NCBI GenBank assembly: GCA_964291315.2 | Contig: OZ219750.1 | Span: 384,001-448,000 of the forward strand | Source of the DNA: Candidatus Poribacteria bacterium | GTDB lineage: Bacteria > Poribacteria > WGA-4E > WGA-3G | Direction of reading: 5' to 3' | DNA length: 64,000 nt | The notes under the pieces: generated by a model | Told to the model about the DNA's origin: nothing | What the model saw: the letters and a program-made list of their open reading frames with translations, nothing else | Database searches by the model: none | Shown here: positions 1 to 9,703 of the stretch, piece by piece | Numbering within the stretch: the stretch's first letter is position 1 | Layout of the letters: each line of letters begins with the position of its first letter | Translations under genes and position numbers: made by a program

Positions 1-66
1 CATATCCCCGCTAATGCCTGAGAAGCAGTCGAAGTAGGCGATCTTCACGTCTTTATTCTCCTATAT

Positions 67-1701
67 TTAGGGATCTTGAAGCAACTGTTGCAGCAAGTCT
101 TTGGAATCGTGTCGTTTGAGTTTACCGAGGGCTTCAGCTTCTATTTGACGGACTCGTTCCCGGCTGATTCGGAGTTTGTCTCCGATGTCCGCCAACGTGT
201 ATTCTGTGCCGTCCATTAAACCGTATCGTAGAATAATCACTTGCGTCTCACGGGGATTGAGTTTCCTGTTGAGGACTTCGGTGATAACCTCTATTTTAGC
301 GTAGTCAAGTAGGTAATTTTCCGGTGTAATTTGGGACTGATCCGGAATCAGTTCAGCGAAGGAGCCATCTGGGGAATCTTCATTAATTGGGGCATCAAGC
401 GGAACGGGTTCTTTGGTGGAGTTGAAGATTTCTATGACCTTTTTTTCCGTGAGTTCGACAGCGTTTGCGATTTCCCTTGTGGTCGGTTCGCGTCCGAGTT
501 CCGTAGTCAAATCTGATTGGGCCAGCTTAATAGCGCGGCGTGCTTCGCCGATGTAACAGGGGACTCGAATCATTTGTCCTTGTTGATCGAGCGCGCGCTT
601 GATGGATTGCATAATCCACCAGGTTGCGTAGGTGCTGAAACGGAAACGGAGCGTGTGATCGAACTTATCTACTGCTCGCATCAATCCGAGACTTCCTTCC
701 TGCATCAAATCGAGGAAGGTTAGAGATGTTTTGCTAAAATGATGCCGTTTTGCAATACTTGCGACGAGCCGAAGATTGGCTTCTACAATTTTGAGTTTAG
801 TGCTGTGTGTGATTTGGTCTGCGGCTTCCAATTGGCTCAGCAGCCATTTGATACGTCCCAATTCACTTTGCACATCTTCAAGAATGAAGAAAAATGTGCT
901 TCGGTTCCAAGAGGTAGTAACCCCTTCGGGTAACACATCCGCAGGGAGTGTGGCTAAAAGCGTTGTAATCTCAGAGCAGATAACGTCTGATTCTTGAAGC
1001 AACTCTGTTTCTTGGTGCAGGTCGAGCGCTTTTGTGTGCATAAAGCGGGGGTTGCGTTCCAAAGATGCCTCTATAGGCAGTCGTGTTCTGCCTCGTCCGG
1101 GTAGTTCTTCCATTTTTCCGGTGGAGGTTTTGATGTTGTTCCGGATCATTTTCTGGGCGTATGTCTGAAATGATGCCCCGCGTTGTGTGCTGTCACTGTC
1201 AATAGCATTCAGAAGTCCAAGGCTTCCTGCCTGTATCAATTCGGGTGGCGATGTCGCGTTAACATGTTTTTTCACGAGGTGTAGATTCCCCTTGAAAATT
1301 TTCCACCGTATCTGCTTTAGCAAGTCTGTTTTTGTTTCTAATTTCCCCAATAGGATGCCAAGTGCTTGAATTTCAGCGTGGAGTCGGTCTATAATTAAAC
1401 CGTGTTCTGATTGTGAGGGTTCAAATTTGTGCTTACCTTCAGAGTTACGGTTCTCGGTAAGGTTCAGGACCTTGAGTATCCACTCTGGAAATTGATTCAG
1501 CACAGTCGAGAACATTTGAAACCCTTCTTGGTATTTTTCGAAAAGAGCTATTTCTTGTTTGGGATTAAGCAACGGGGTTTTCGCTATCTTCTGTAGATAG
1601 GCGAAGGTTTCGTCCTTTGGTGATTCCGGAGCGGTGCTCTTCTCTTCATCATCTTCAAAGAATTCTGATTCAACCGAGTATACCGGGTAGTGCTTTTTCA
1701 T
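67..1701 (-). CDS. Sigma-70 family (RpoD/SigA-like) factor with an internal duplication of region 1.2-region 2
   Basis: Region 1.2 ([17 protein letters not shown]), region 2 ([12 protein letters not shown]...[18 protein letters not shown]...FSTYATWWI), region 3 (ELGREPT) and region 4 HTH ([20 protein letters not shown]). A second, degenerate region 2 lies upstream. No region 1.1. Confidence 0.9.
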   Translation of the reverse strand: MKKHYPVYSVESEFFEDDEEKSTAPESPKDETFAYLQKIAKTPLLNPKQEIALFEKYQEGFQMFSTVLNQFPEWILKVLNLTENRNSEGKHKFEPSQSEHGLIIDRLHAEIQALGILLGKLETKTDLLKQIRWKIFKGNLHLVKKHVNATSPPELIQAGSLGLLNAIDSDSTQRGASFQTYAQKMIRNNIKTSTGKMEELPGRGRTRLPIEASLERNPRFMHTKALDLHQETELLQESDVICSEITTLLATLPADVLPEGVTTSWNRSTFFFILEDVQSELGRIKWLLSQLEAADQITHSTKLKIVEANLRLVASIAKRHHFSKTSLTFLDLMQEGSLGLMRAVDKFDHTLRFRFSTYATWWIMQSIKRALDQQGQMIRVPCYIGEARRAIKLAQSDLTTELGREPTTREIANAVELTEKKVIEIFNSTKEPVPLDAPINEDSPDGSFAELIPDQSQITPENYLLDYAKIEVITEVLNRKLNPRETQVIILRYGLMDGTEYTLADIGDKLRISRERVRQIEAEALGKLKRHDSKDLLQQLLQDP

Positions 1702-1904
1702 GTCCTCACCTCGCTATTGTCTGGATTTAACGATAGAGATATTTTTCTGATATTTAGTTAGCACATCAGAAATGATCAAAAAAGGTTTAAATTTTTGTAC
1801 TATATGTGCTATGCTATTAAGCGCAGCCTGCACTCTATTTTCTCACTAGAAATATTGACTTGCAAGCGCCCTTTAAAAATGCCATATAAAGATTGGAGGC
1901 AGTA

Positions 1905-2480
1905 ATGGATCAACTTACGCAAAGTGCAGTAATTGAAAGATGTCAAGCCGGTGGATCTCTTTCTGGCGAAAACCTTGCAAACTTAGATTTAGCGAATCAA
2001 CCGCTTGTAGGCGCTGATTTATCGGAGGCAGATCTGAGCGGTGCCGACTTGCGGAACGCTGATTTAACAGATGCGAATTTAAACGATGCTAATCTCGTTG
2101 GAGCGAACCTTTCTGGGGCAACTTTACAACGGGCGTACCTTGTCGGCTCTAATTTAACAGATGCTAACCTTGAGGGCGCCAATCTGTGTGGCGCCTTCCT
2201 CAGCGGTAGCTTGCTCTGTAGCACAAACTTCCGGCGGGCAGATTTACGACGAGCTACTCTCGGTTGCCCGAAATGTGAAGTGCCGGAACCCTTCGGTTCA
2301 CTTACCAATTTTGAGAAAGCGAACCTCGAAGAGGCGGTTTTCGGTGAAGTCAAGCTCAAAGGTGTTATCTTACTAGATGCCAATTTCAAAGATGCCTATC
2401 TATACGAGGTAGATCTCTCTGAAGCTGTCTATCGCGAAGTCGATCTTGAAGGCGCTATTACTAAAAAAGGCAGAAATTAG
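1905..2480 (+). CDS. Pentapeptide repeat protein
   Basis: Continuous A(D/N)Lxx repeats. ATG at 1905 is preceded by GGAGG. Contains a CPKC insertion. Confidence 0.92.
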   Translation: MDQLTQSAVIERCQAGGSLSGENLANLDLANQPLVGADLSEADLSGADLRNADLTDANLNDANLVGANLSGATLQRAYLVGSNLTDANLEGANLCGAFLSGSLLCSTNFRRADLRRATLGCPKCEVPEPFGSLTNFEKANLEEAVFGEVKLKGVILLDANFKDAYLYEVDLSEAVYREVDLEGAITKKGRN

Positions 2481-2539
2481 GTTTTTGACGATCGCTTCTG
2501 ATCAGCTGTGCTCGTTGTCTTTGCAGTATTCTAGTTGCT

Positions 2540-2562
2540 AGGGAACCTGGGGTCCCTTTTTA
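2540..2562 (+). terminator. Possible intrinsic terminator after the pentapeptide gene
   Basis: Imperfect GGGAACC..GGTCCC stem followed by a T run, located between convergent genes. Confidence 0.35.
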
Positions 2563-2724
2563 TATTCAGGTTTCCGCTGTTTCTGTTATCACTACATTGA
2601 TTTGGAGACCGAAATTGAGAGATTCTGACCGCATGATTGATCCACATTTTTCTAATATATGTGACGTTAATGGAGTGTAAGAGGTTTATCTAAATTTCAT
2701 TTTTTTTCGTAGAGTATGATTAAG

Positions 2725-4644
2725 TTACTGAAACTGCATATCACAGAGTTTTTGATACAAACCGCCCTTTGCTAACAGTGTTTCGTGTGTCCCGCTTTCT
2801 AGGATTTCTCCGTCTTTAATAACAAGAATTTTATCGGATCGAACGACGGTTGAGAGTCGGTGTGCGATGATAAAACTCGTTCTACCTTCCATGAGATTCG
2901 CTAAGGATTCCTGAATGAGTGCCTCAGCTTGCGTGTCTAACGAGGAGGTTGCCTCATCTAGGACGAGGATCGGTGCGTCTTTCAGGATAGCGCGTGCGAT
3001 GGAGAGTCGTTGTTGTTCTCCGCCCGAGAGTTTCATCCCTGCTTCTCCTGTTAGGGTTGCATAGCCTTTCGGAGTTTTTGTTATAAAATCGTGGGCGTTT
3101 GCTTGTTTTGCTGCAGCGACAATCGCGTTTTCGGTAGGACTTGGGCATCCGTAGCCTATATTTTCCAGAATGGTTCCGTCGAATAGGAAGGTGTCTTGTG
3201 GAACGAATGCTATATTTTCTCGCAAGGATGCCAAATTTACTTCAGAAATCGGGATATCGTCAATCAGGATTCTGCCAGAACGCACTTCATAAAAACGCAA
3301 GAGCAGATTAAGGAGTGTTGTTTTTCCACTACCACTAGGTCCGACAAACGCGACAACTTCTCCCTGTTTCGCTTCAAAGGTTACGTTTTTAATAATAGGT
3401 TTTGCTGTTAGTGGTTCAGTATAGGAGAAGGAGACGTTCTGAAATGTGACGGTCCCGCGCACCTTTTGTAGCACGATATTCTTCTCCGTTTTCTGTGTTC
3501 TAGTGATGTGTGTTTGATTCTTCTCGCTCGTCTCCGGTTCGAAATCGAGGAGATAAAAAATTCGTTCTGCAGAGGCGAGGCACTGTTGTAAAGCACTGTT
3601 GACGTTACCAATGGTTTTAATGGGTTTGAACATCCAGCCGACCATCATGATAGAACCGATGAACCCGCCGTGAGAAAGTTGACCGGTAATAACTTGCCAA
3701 CATCCGAGTCCGAAAACAGTGGCAATGCCGAGTGCACCTACCCATTCAATCGTTGGTGGAAGAAGTGCTGCGAAGCGGGCGCGCTGCATAGCTGATCGAT
3801 ATTGATCCTGAGTGATAGATCGGAAACGTTCGGTTTCTGTGTGTTCCGCGGTGAAACTTTTGATAATCTTGATGCCGAAAAGGGTCTCTTTGAGTTGTGA
3901 GTAGATGCTTGCACTCTGTTGCTGGATTTCTGTGCTGGCGCTACGGATTCGCGAACCGATGAATGTGATGAGGTAAGCAAGAGCTGGGAGGATGATCAGG
4001 ACAAACACCGTCAGTTTGAAGCTTTTGATCAACATTGCAGAGACAAAGACACCAACAAGGACAATAGCGCGTATGATATTTGCCATTGCGGCGACGAGAT
4101 TCTGCCACACGCGGACATCATCCGTAATACGTGCTAGGAGGTCCCCGGAACGTTCTTCGCGTAGGACTCCTAAAGGCGCGGATACGATTTGCTGGTAGAG
4201 TTCGTTCCGTAACCGGAAAGCCAGTTTATGCCCGACGCGCGCCATGACGTAATCGTTGCCGTAAACGAAAAAACCTTTAATGAAAACAAGCGCTAGCACA
4301 CCACCAAGCAACCAAAGGAAGACTTTAAGAGCGTCCCCGGCAGTTGTGAGTGATATTTCAAAACCTTTAAAAGCAAACGGCCCTTCGTGCTGAAAATAGC
4401 GGACAGATACAGGTTCGTCAAATCGGTTTCCTCCGACGGCTGCAAGTCCGTTAAGGGTATCTGTGAGAATTTGCAGGGCACCTAGGTTACATACCGCATC
4501 CACTAAGGCACACCCCATTGCTAAAAAAATAGAACCGGTGTAAGGGGTATGATACCGCAGGAATCGGGTAAAGGTTGCGTTTTTAAGGGCAGGTTTTTTG
4601 TCCATACTGACTTCGGCATGCATAAGGTTCTTTAGTTTTCCCAA
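2725..4644 (-). CDS. ABC exporter, fused TMD+NBD (MsbA-like)
   Basis: N-terminal TM helices, Walker A GPSGSGKT, signature LSGGEQQR, Walker B ILVLDEATS and H-loop IAHRLST. Start codon uncertain (ATG at 4623 is an alternative). Confidence 0.92.
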   Translation of the reverse strand: MGKLKNLMHAEVSMDKKPALKNATFTRFLRYHTPYTGSIFLAMGCALVDAVCNLGALQILTDTLNGLAAVGGNRFDEPVSVRYFQHEGPFAFKGFEISLTTAGDALKVFLWLLGGVLALVFIKGFFVYGNDYVMARVGHKLAFRLRNELYQQIVSAPLGVLREERSGDLLARITDDVRVWQNLVAAMANIIRAIVLVGVFVSAMLIKSFKLTVFVLIILPALAYLITFIGSRIRSASTEIQQQSASIYSQLKETLFGIKIIKSFTAEHTETERFRSITQDQYRSAMQRARFAALLPPTIEWVGALGIATVFGLGCWQVITGQLSHGGFIGSIMMVGWMFKPIKTIGNVNSALQQCLASAERIFYLLDFEPETSEKNQTHITRTQKTEKNIVLQKVRGTVTFQNVSFSYTEPLTAKPIIKNVTFEAKQGEVVAFVGPSGSGKTTLLNLLLRFYEVRSGRILIDDIPISEVNLASLRENIAFVPQDTFLFDGTILENIGYGCPSPTENAIVAAAKQANAHDFITKTPKGYATLTGEAGMKLSGGEQQRLSIARAILKDAPILVLDEATSSLDTQAEALIQESLANLMEGRTSFIIAHRLSTVVRSDKILVIKDGEILESGTHETLLAKGGLYQKLCDMQFQ

Positions 4645-4816
4645 AATTTTGTACTGGAAAGCCCTGATTTAGTCGCGGAACAGACGAAATCCATTCTTTG
4701 TAGGACATTCTTGTTCGGGATAGCACACTTTCCCTCAACACGTTGGGGTATTCCAAAGGGGTGCTCCACAATCGTAATCTGTCTTCTTAAAACGAAATGG
4801 TCCTACGGCATACCCG

Positions 4817-5872
4817 TTATTTTAGTTGGTAGCCACCAAATTGAAGAACACAGGTGTGCTTCGCGGTGTTGCCCCCTTTTGAAGACGGACAACGGATGCT
4901 GAATTCTCGCTTCTGGAAGTCTACTTTCTCGATGACTCCGATAGCATCAGTGTTGCCGGACGTACTATTAATGAGTCCAACCAAGCGATGTTGGAAGTAA
5001 GCCCGGACTTCTGAAATAATACTTGTTAGACTTAAATAGTTCTGGATGTGTGTGATCATAGTTTTGGAAAGTGGTTTTGATCCAACCAGACATAAGGAGC
5101 GGTGCCCCCATTCGGCATAGTGGATCTGCATTTCAGCGAGTTGAGAGAGTGTTTTTAGTTCTTTTTCGTTTGCTGCGCGTCCGATGAAAAACGGGGTCCG
5201 TCCGCCGCGGATCTGCTCAAAGGGTATCTGTTGCAGAGAACTCTCGGAAAAATAGGCATCGAATCGGGCTTTTCGGTATAGTCTGCGGGCGTTTCTGCTT
5301 CTGGATTGGATGCCGCGGGGTGGAAGGAGATAGTGAACGTCGATCCACGCTTGTTGGTTATAGCACGTCGTTATTCGATCCAATTCGGTAGAACGACCGA
5401 TACCGACTAAATGGTGTGGTTTAATGAGTTCTATCTTTTGTTGCTTCAGAATAACAGCTAGCGGATCGTAAATATAACCGCTTGTATCAACGACAATAAA
5501 ATCGGCTTCGGTTTCCCTTGCGCCATCTACCATGAGCCGGGTGCCTGTGAGTGTCTCGAGGTAGCATGCGCGCGGTGATAAATTACCTACGAAGTAAAGC
5601 TGATCGGCTGTGCCGTCGAGTTCGATGGGGGCCATCTCGGGTGTAAATGATTTCATTCCGATTGTTGTCGGGGGTCCAATGTGGGATTGCCCGACATCAG
5701 TATCTACGAAGCCTGTCTTCAAACCTTGTGCAAGGGCAGCATCGACCAAAAAACGGCAGAAAGTCGATTTTCCGGTGTCGGTTGTGCCTATTACAATTAC
5801 AATCTTTTGAGGTTTGACAATACGGTTTGCAAGCGTTCGCCAATCCTGATTAACTCGGTACGTGCTGTCCAT
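4817..5872 (-). CDS. Clp1/Grc3/NOL9-family polynucleotide 5'-hydroxyl kinase
   Basis: GTTDTGKST P-loop, DTDVGQSHIGPPTTIG motif, VVDTSG and RRLYRKARF lid are all characteristic of the Clp1 family. Confidence 0.85.
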   Translation of the reverse strand: MDSTYRVNQDWRTLANRIVKPQKIVIVIGTTDTGKSTFCRFLVDAALAQGLKTGFVDTDVGQSHIGPPTTIGMKSFTPEMAPIELDGTADQLYFVGNLSPRACYLETLTGTRLMVDGARETEADFIVVDTSGYIYDPLAVILKQQKIELIKPHHLVGIGRSTELDRITTCYNQQAWIDVHYLLPPRGIQSRSRNARRLYRKARFDAYFSESSLQQIPFEQIRGGRTPFFIGRAANEKELKTLSQLAEMQIHYAEWGHRSLCLVGSKPLSKTMITHIQNYLSLTSIISEVRAYFQHRLVGLINSTSGNTDAIGVIEKVDFQKREFSIRCPSSKGGNTAKHTCVLQFGGYQLK

Positions 5873-5918
5873 CTTTCTCTTTTAGTAGCTTCGGTTTCCG
5901 ATGGAAAGGCCGCAGCGT

Positions 5919-6785
5919 TTAATCACTGAGGTTAAGTTCATAACGGAATGTAACACCGGGGAATCTGAACATCTCATCTAAAGCGGGAGTCTGTTTAATA
6001 CCGAGAAGTTGTTCGAGCAGAGATGCTTTTTTTTGTTTGCGTATGACCCTCGGTTTGCCGTCGATGTTTGCTAATTCTCCGGCGAGTTCAATCGCCTCAG
6101 GGAGGTTACCGATCCGATCTAAGAGTTTTGCGTCTCTTGCTTGCTGTCCAGAAAAAATTCGTCCGTCTGCAAGTTCTACGATCTCGGGGCGGCTCAGGAG
6201 ACTTTTTCGTGCTTCGAATATTGTATCCACAAATTGATTGTAGACGCTATTCACAGTCGTTTGGAGGACGGCTTGCTCCTTCTCGGTCAGTTCGCGGAAA
6301 GGCGAACCTGTGTCTTTAAATTCGCCACTTTTAATGACGTGGTGTTCAAGTCCAATTTTATCGTATAAGCCTTTCATCCGGGTGAACTGCATGATAACGC
6401 CGATGCTGCCGGTCAGTGTCCCTGGGTTTGCCATAATTGTGTCAGCGGCGCATGCAAGGTAGTAGCCGCCAGACGCAGCCGTACCCCCCATTGAAGCGAC
6501 TATAGGTTTGTCTACTTTCTGTAATTCGCTGTAGATTTCTTGGACTGGCGCGACGCTGCCTCCGGGTGTATCAATACGAATCACAATTGCCTTGATACTC
6601 GGATCATCGCGGTAGGTATGAATGAGTTTGATTGTCTCCTCTGACTTTGTGATAATGCCTATAATGTCTATTACTGCAACCTTTGGTCCGATGGATGTGC
6701 CACCACTCATTGAGCGGAAGATTAGCAGTAAGAAAAACAGACCCACAATGATTCCGAGGAAAATAAAAACACGTTTCTTTTTCAT
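5919..6785 (-). CDS. sppA: Signal peptide peptidase SppA, short (36K) type, S49
   Basis: N-terminal TM; RIDTPGGS, AASGGYY, TLTGSIGV and DGRIFSG motifs. Confidence 0.93.
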   Translation of the reverse strand: MKKKRVFIFLGIIVGLFFLLLIFRSMSGGTSIGPKVAVIDIIGIITKSEETIKLIHTYRDDPSIKAIVIRIDTPGGSVAPVQEIYSELQKVDKPIVASMGGTAASGGYYLACAADTIMANPGTLTGSIGVIMQFTRMKGLYDKIGLEHHVIKSGEFKDTGSPFRELTEKEQAVLQTTVNSVYNQFVDTIFEARKSLLSRPEIVELADGRIFSGQQARDAKLLDRIGNLPEAIELAGELANIDGKPRVIRKQKKASLLEQLLGIKQTPALDEMFRFPGVTFRYELNLSD

Positions 6786-6799
6786 TTTTTAATAATTTT

Positions 6800-6912
6800 C
6801 GGTTGTCAACTATCAGGCCTCAGTCGAATAACGGTTAGGGGGCAGCAAGAGCATTTTGTATTAGAAAGTGATGGACAACTGTTGTCCTCTACTGCCCCTC
6901 AATAACCGACGA
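6800..6912. repeat. Intergenic imperfect inverted repeat (heptamer/palindrome family)
   Basis: Arms AGGGGGCAGCAAGAG and CTCTACTGCCCCT, flanked by GGTTGTC/AACCGAC-type heptamers. Confidence 0.5.
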
Positions 6913-6913
6913 T

Positions 6914-7573
6914 TCATGGCGACTTTGCGATGAGAAACCATAAGGTTCTCAGGAGCCATCTTATATCGGAGGCGATGCTGTGTGTTGTAACGTAGTGGAG
7001 GTCCAAATTGAGTTTTTTCGGCATGAGCTCGGTGATGTAGTAGTGTTCTGGATTCGGTTGCCCTTTGAGTTTTTTCTCTTCATCACGATTGGCGAGTTGC
7101 GACGGGCCGGTCATTCCAGGTTTTACTAGCAGCACTTGCCTCTGCGTTTTTGTGTAATATTTGACGTAAACTGGAGCCTCGGGACGCGGCCCGATGAGAC
7201 TCATCTCACCTTTTATAACGTTGATTAGGTTTGGAAGTTCATCCAATTTTGTCTGTCTCAGAAATCTACCGATGTGTGTGACGCGTGTGTCGTTGTAAGT
7301 TGTCAGACTCCCGCCGATGCTATCAGCGTTAAGTACCATCGTTCTGAATTTATACATCTCAAAGAGTGCCCCGCCTCTGCCGACCCGTGTTGCTTTGTAA
7401 AACGTGGATCCTTTCGATTGCAGCTTTGCGAGAACGGCACCGAGGAGAAAAAGCGGGGATAAAAAAAGGATTCCGACAGTTGCCAATAGCAGATCGAATG
7501 TCCGTTTTGTCCAGTCGCGTTTGAACTTTACAATATCTTGCGTATCTAAGGTTAATGGCTTGGTATGGTTCAT
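6914..7573 (-). CDS. Bacterial sugar transferase (initiating phosphoglycosyl transferase)
   Basis: KRTFD, MYKFRTM, KLDELPNLINVIKGEMSLIGPRPE and KPGMTG motifs. Confidence 0.93.
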   Translation of the reverse strand: MNHTKPLTLDTQDIVKFKRDWTKRTFDLLLATVGILFLSPLFLLGAVLAKLQSKGSTFYKATRVGRGGALFEMYKFRTMVLNADSIGGSLTTYNDTRVTHIGRFLRQTKLDELPNLINVIKGEMSLIGPRPEAPVYVKYYTKTQRQVLLVKPGMTGPSQLANRDEEKKLKGQPNPEHYYITELMPKKLNLDLHYVTTHSIASDIRWLLRTLWFLIAKSP

Positions 7574-7595
7574 GTCCTTTCACTATCTTATAGGT

Positions 7596-9614
7596 CTAGC
7601 GGCGATTCGCGCTGGCGGTTTCTGTTGCTGTTGGAAATTGAATAATCTCAGATGTGTTATCTGTGTCGCTTTCTGTAAGGAATGCGCGGTTTGGCTGATA
7701 TGTTGGAACCAACTCTTGGAATTTAGAAACGATACTTTCTGCATTTAACGTATCTGCAAGCTGCGAGAGTTCCTCGATTTGAGAGATGAGTTGTTCTTCC
7801 TCAATCTGCTCGAGCTGTGCGACGAAAATGCGTTGGTGCTTTGTTGCGGTGACACCTTCTTGCGGTGTCAGGAGTTCTTCGTACAATTTTTCACCCGGTT
7901 CTAAACCTGTGAATGCGATTTTGATGTCTCTATCAACTTCGAGTCCAGAGAGGCGGATCAGGTCTTCGGCGAGGTCAAGAATCTTAATCGGGTCGCCCAT
8001 ATCTAACATCAGGATTTCGCCGCCGTTTCCCATAGCACCGGCTTGAATTAGGAGTTGCACGGCCTCAGGGATTGTCATGAAGTAGCGAGTTGCTTCGCGG
8101 TGCGTAACCGTGACGGGCCCGCCTTTCGAAATCTGACGTTTGAAATTAGGTAGTACGCTGGCGCGACTTCCGATAACGTTTCCAAAGCGGACTGCGATGA
8201 ATCGGGTGCCGTTTTGTTTCGCCTTACACTGTATGAGTTTTTCCGTCACACGTTTGGAGACTCCGTAGACGCTTGTCGGATTCACGGCTTTATCGGATGA
8301 GACGAGGATGAACGCCTCGACTTCGTGTTTAATTGCGGCATCAATCAGGTTTTGCGTGCCGAGAATATTATTTTTCACGGCTTCATCAGGGTGGTTCTCC
8401 ATGAATTTGACGTGCTTGTGAGCGGCTGCGTGGAAAATGATATCTGGACGGTATTTATGGGTAATTTGTGAAATTTTTGCGTTGTCTCGAATGTCCCCGA
8501 TAATGACTGCGCGATTGAGTTCTGGTTCGAACTCTTGAAGTTCTATGTCCGTGTGGTAGAGGCTATTTTCGCCGCGTCCAAATAGGATAAGGAGTTCAGG
8601 AGTCAGCTTGGCGACTTGACGGCACAGCTCGGACCCGATTGACCCGCCTGCGCCTGTTACCATGACCCGTTTACCGGAGAGATATTTGGAAACTTCAGCG
8701 ATGTCCATTTGTGAGGTGGATCGGTTCAGAAGGTCTTCATAACGTACTTCTCGAATTTGACTGACACTTGCTCGTCCTTCAAGGATGGCGTGGATATTCG
8801 GAACAATTTTAAATTGGCATCCACGGTATTCGCATTGTCGGACGATGTCTCGGATTTTCCCGCCCGGTGCGGATGGAATGGCAATAACAACCTCGCTAAT
8901 CTCGCGCTTGCGGGCGATGTAGGTGAGGTCTCGGGTTGTGCCGAGCACTTCAAGCCCCGCCACGCTTCTACCAACCTTTTGTGGGGCATCATCAATGAAT
9001 CCTACTGGAACGTAGCCTTTCTGTGGGTGGTTTCTGAGGGCACGAAGCACCCCGATACCAGTCTCGCCTGCTCCAACAATGAGCACTTTTGTTGGCGGTT
9101 TTCGCGATCGAAGTTGTGTCGCTCTGGCGTTTTTGTTCTTTGAAAGCGTTGATGATTGGGAATGTGGATATACTGTTGCCCGGTTCTCTTGAAGGATTCT
9201 GGCGGAGAACTTGGTGAATCCGATCAGCGCAAAGTTATAGAGACCGTCGATTAAGAAGAGTACCCAAGCGATTTTCATTAAGAGGGAGAGTCCGATAAGT
9301 CCAACGGTCGCGAGCGTAATTGCGGCCGCCAATGTGCGGAATTCCTTCACAGAGGCATATTGCCACATCGGTTTGTACAGATTAAAGCCGAGTAACAACC
9401 CTATGCGGATTGTAGTCACAACGACGGCGATACCTAGAAAGTAGGAGTAGGGTGATATATCTACGGTCTGTAGTAGAGCGGAGAACGGGTTAGGCTGTTT
9501 TAAGAGGTCAAAACCGAATTGCTTGCTGGTCAAATAAGCAAATAGAAATGCAAGGTTTACTAGAGCTGCGTCAATGAGAATTGTCGAACTCCACTTTATT
9601 TTGGATTTATCCAT
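7596..9614 (-). CDS. Polysaccharide biosynthesis nucleotide-sugar 4,6-dehydratase, CapD/PglF/WbpM-like
   Basis: N-terminal TMs, LIVGAGETG, VTGAGGSIGSE, FHAAAHKHV, VRFGNV and PGEKLYEEL. Start moved to ATG 9614, which has GAGG upstream. Confidence 0.93.
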   Translation of the reverse strand: MDKSKIKWSSTILIDAALVNLAFLFAYLTSKQFGFDLLKQPNPFSALLQTVDISPYSYFLGIAVVVTTIRIGLLLGFNLYKPMWQYASVKEFRTLAAAITLATVGLIGLSLLMKIAWVLFLIDGLYNFALIGFTKFSARILQENRATVYPHSQSSTLSKNKNARATQLRSRKPPTKVLIVGAGETGIGVLRALRNHPQKGYVPVGFIDDAPQKVGRSVAGLEVLGTTRDLTYIARKREISEVVIAIPSAPGGKIRDIVRQCEYRGCQFKIVPNIHAILEGRASVSQIREVRYEDLLNRSTSQMDIAEVSKYLSGKRVMVTGAGGSIGSELCRQVAKLTPELLILFGRGENSLYHTDIELQEFEPELNRAVIIGDIRDNAKISQITHKYRPDIIFHAAAHKHVKFMENHPDEAVKNNILGTQNLIDAAIKHEVEAFILVSSDKAVNPTSVYGVSKRVTEKLIQCKAKQNGTRFIAVRFGNVIGSRASVLPNFKRQISKGGPVTVTHREATRYFMTIPEAVQLLIQAGAMGNGGEILMLDMGDPIKILDLAEDLIRLSGLEVDRDIKIAFTGLEPGEKLYEELLTPQEGVTATKHQRIFVAQLEQIEEEQLISQIEELSQLADTLNAESIVSKFQELVPTYQPNRAFLTESDTDNTSEIIQFPTATETASANRR

Positions 9615-9703
9615 ATCCGTTCCTCGATGGGTTGTCAAATGGCAGCTGTCAGTACGGTTTGCTACACAAACCTTTCAGTCGCGAGTTAAGGGTCAATAGA
9701 GAC

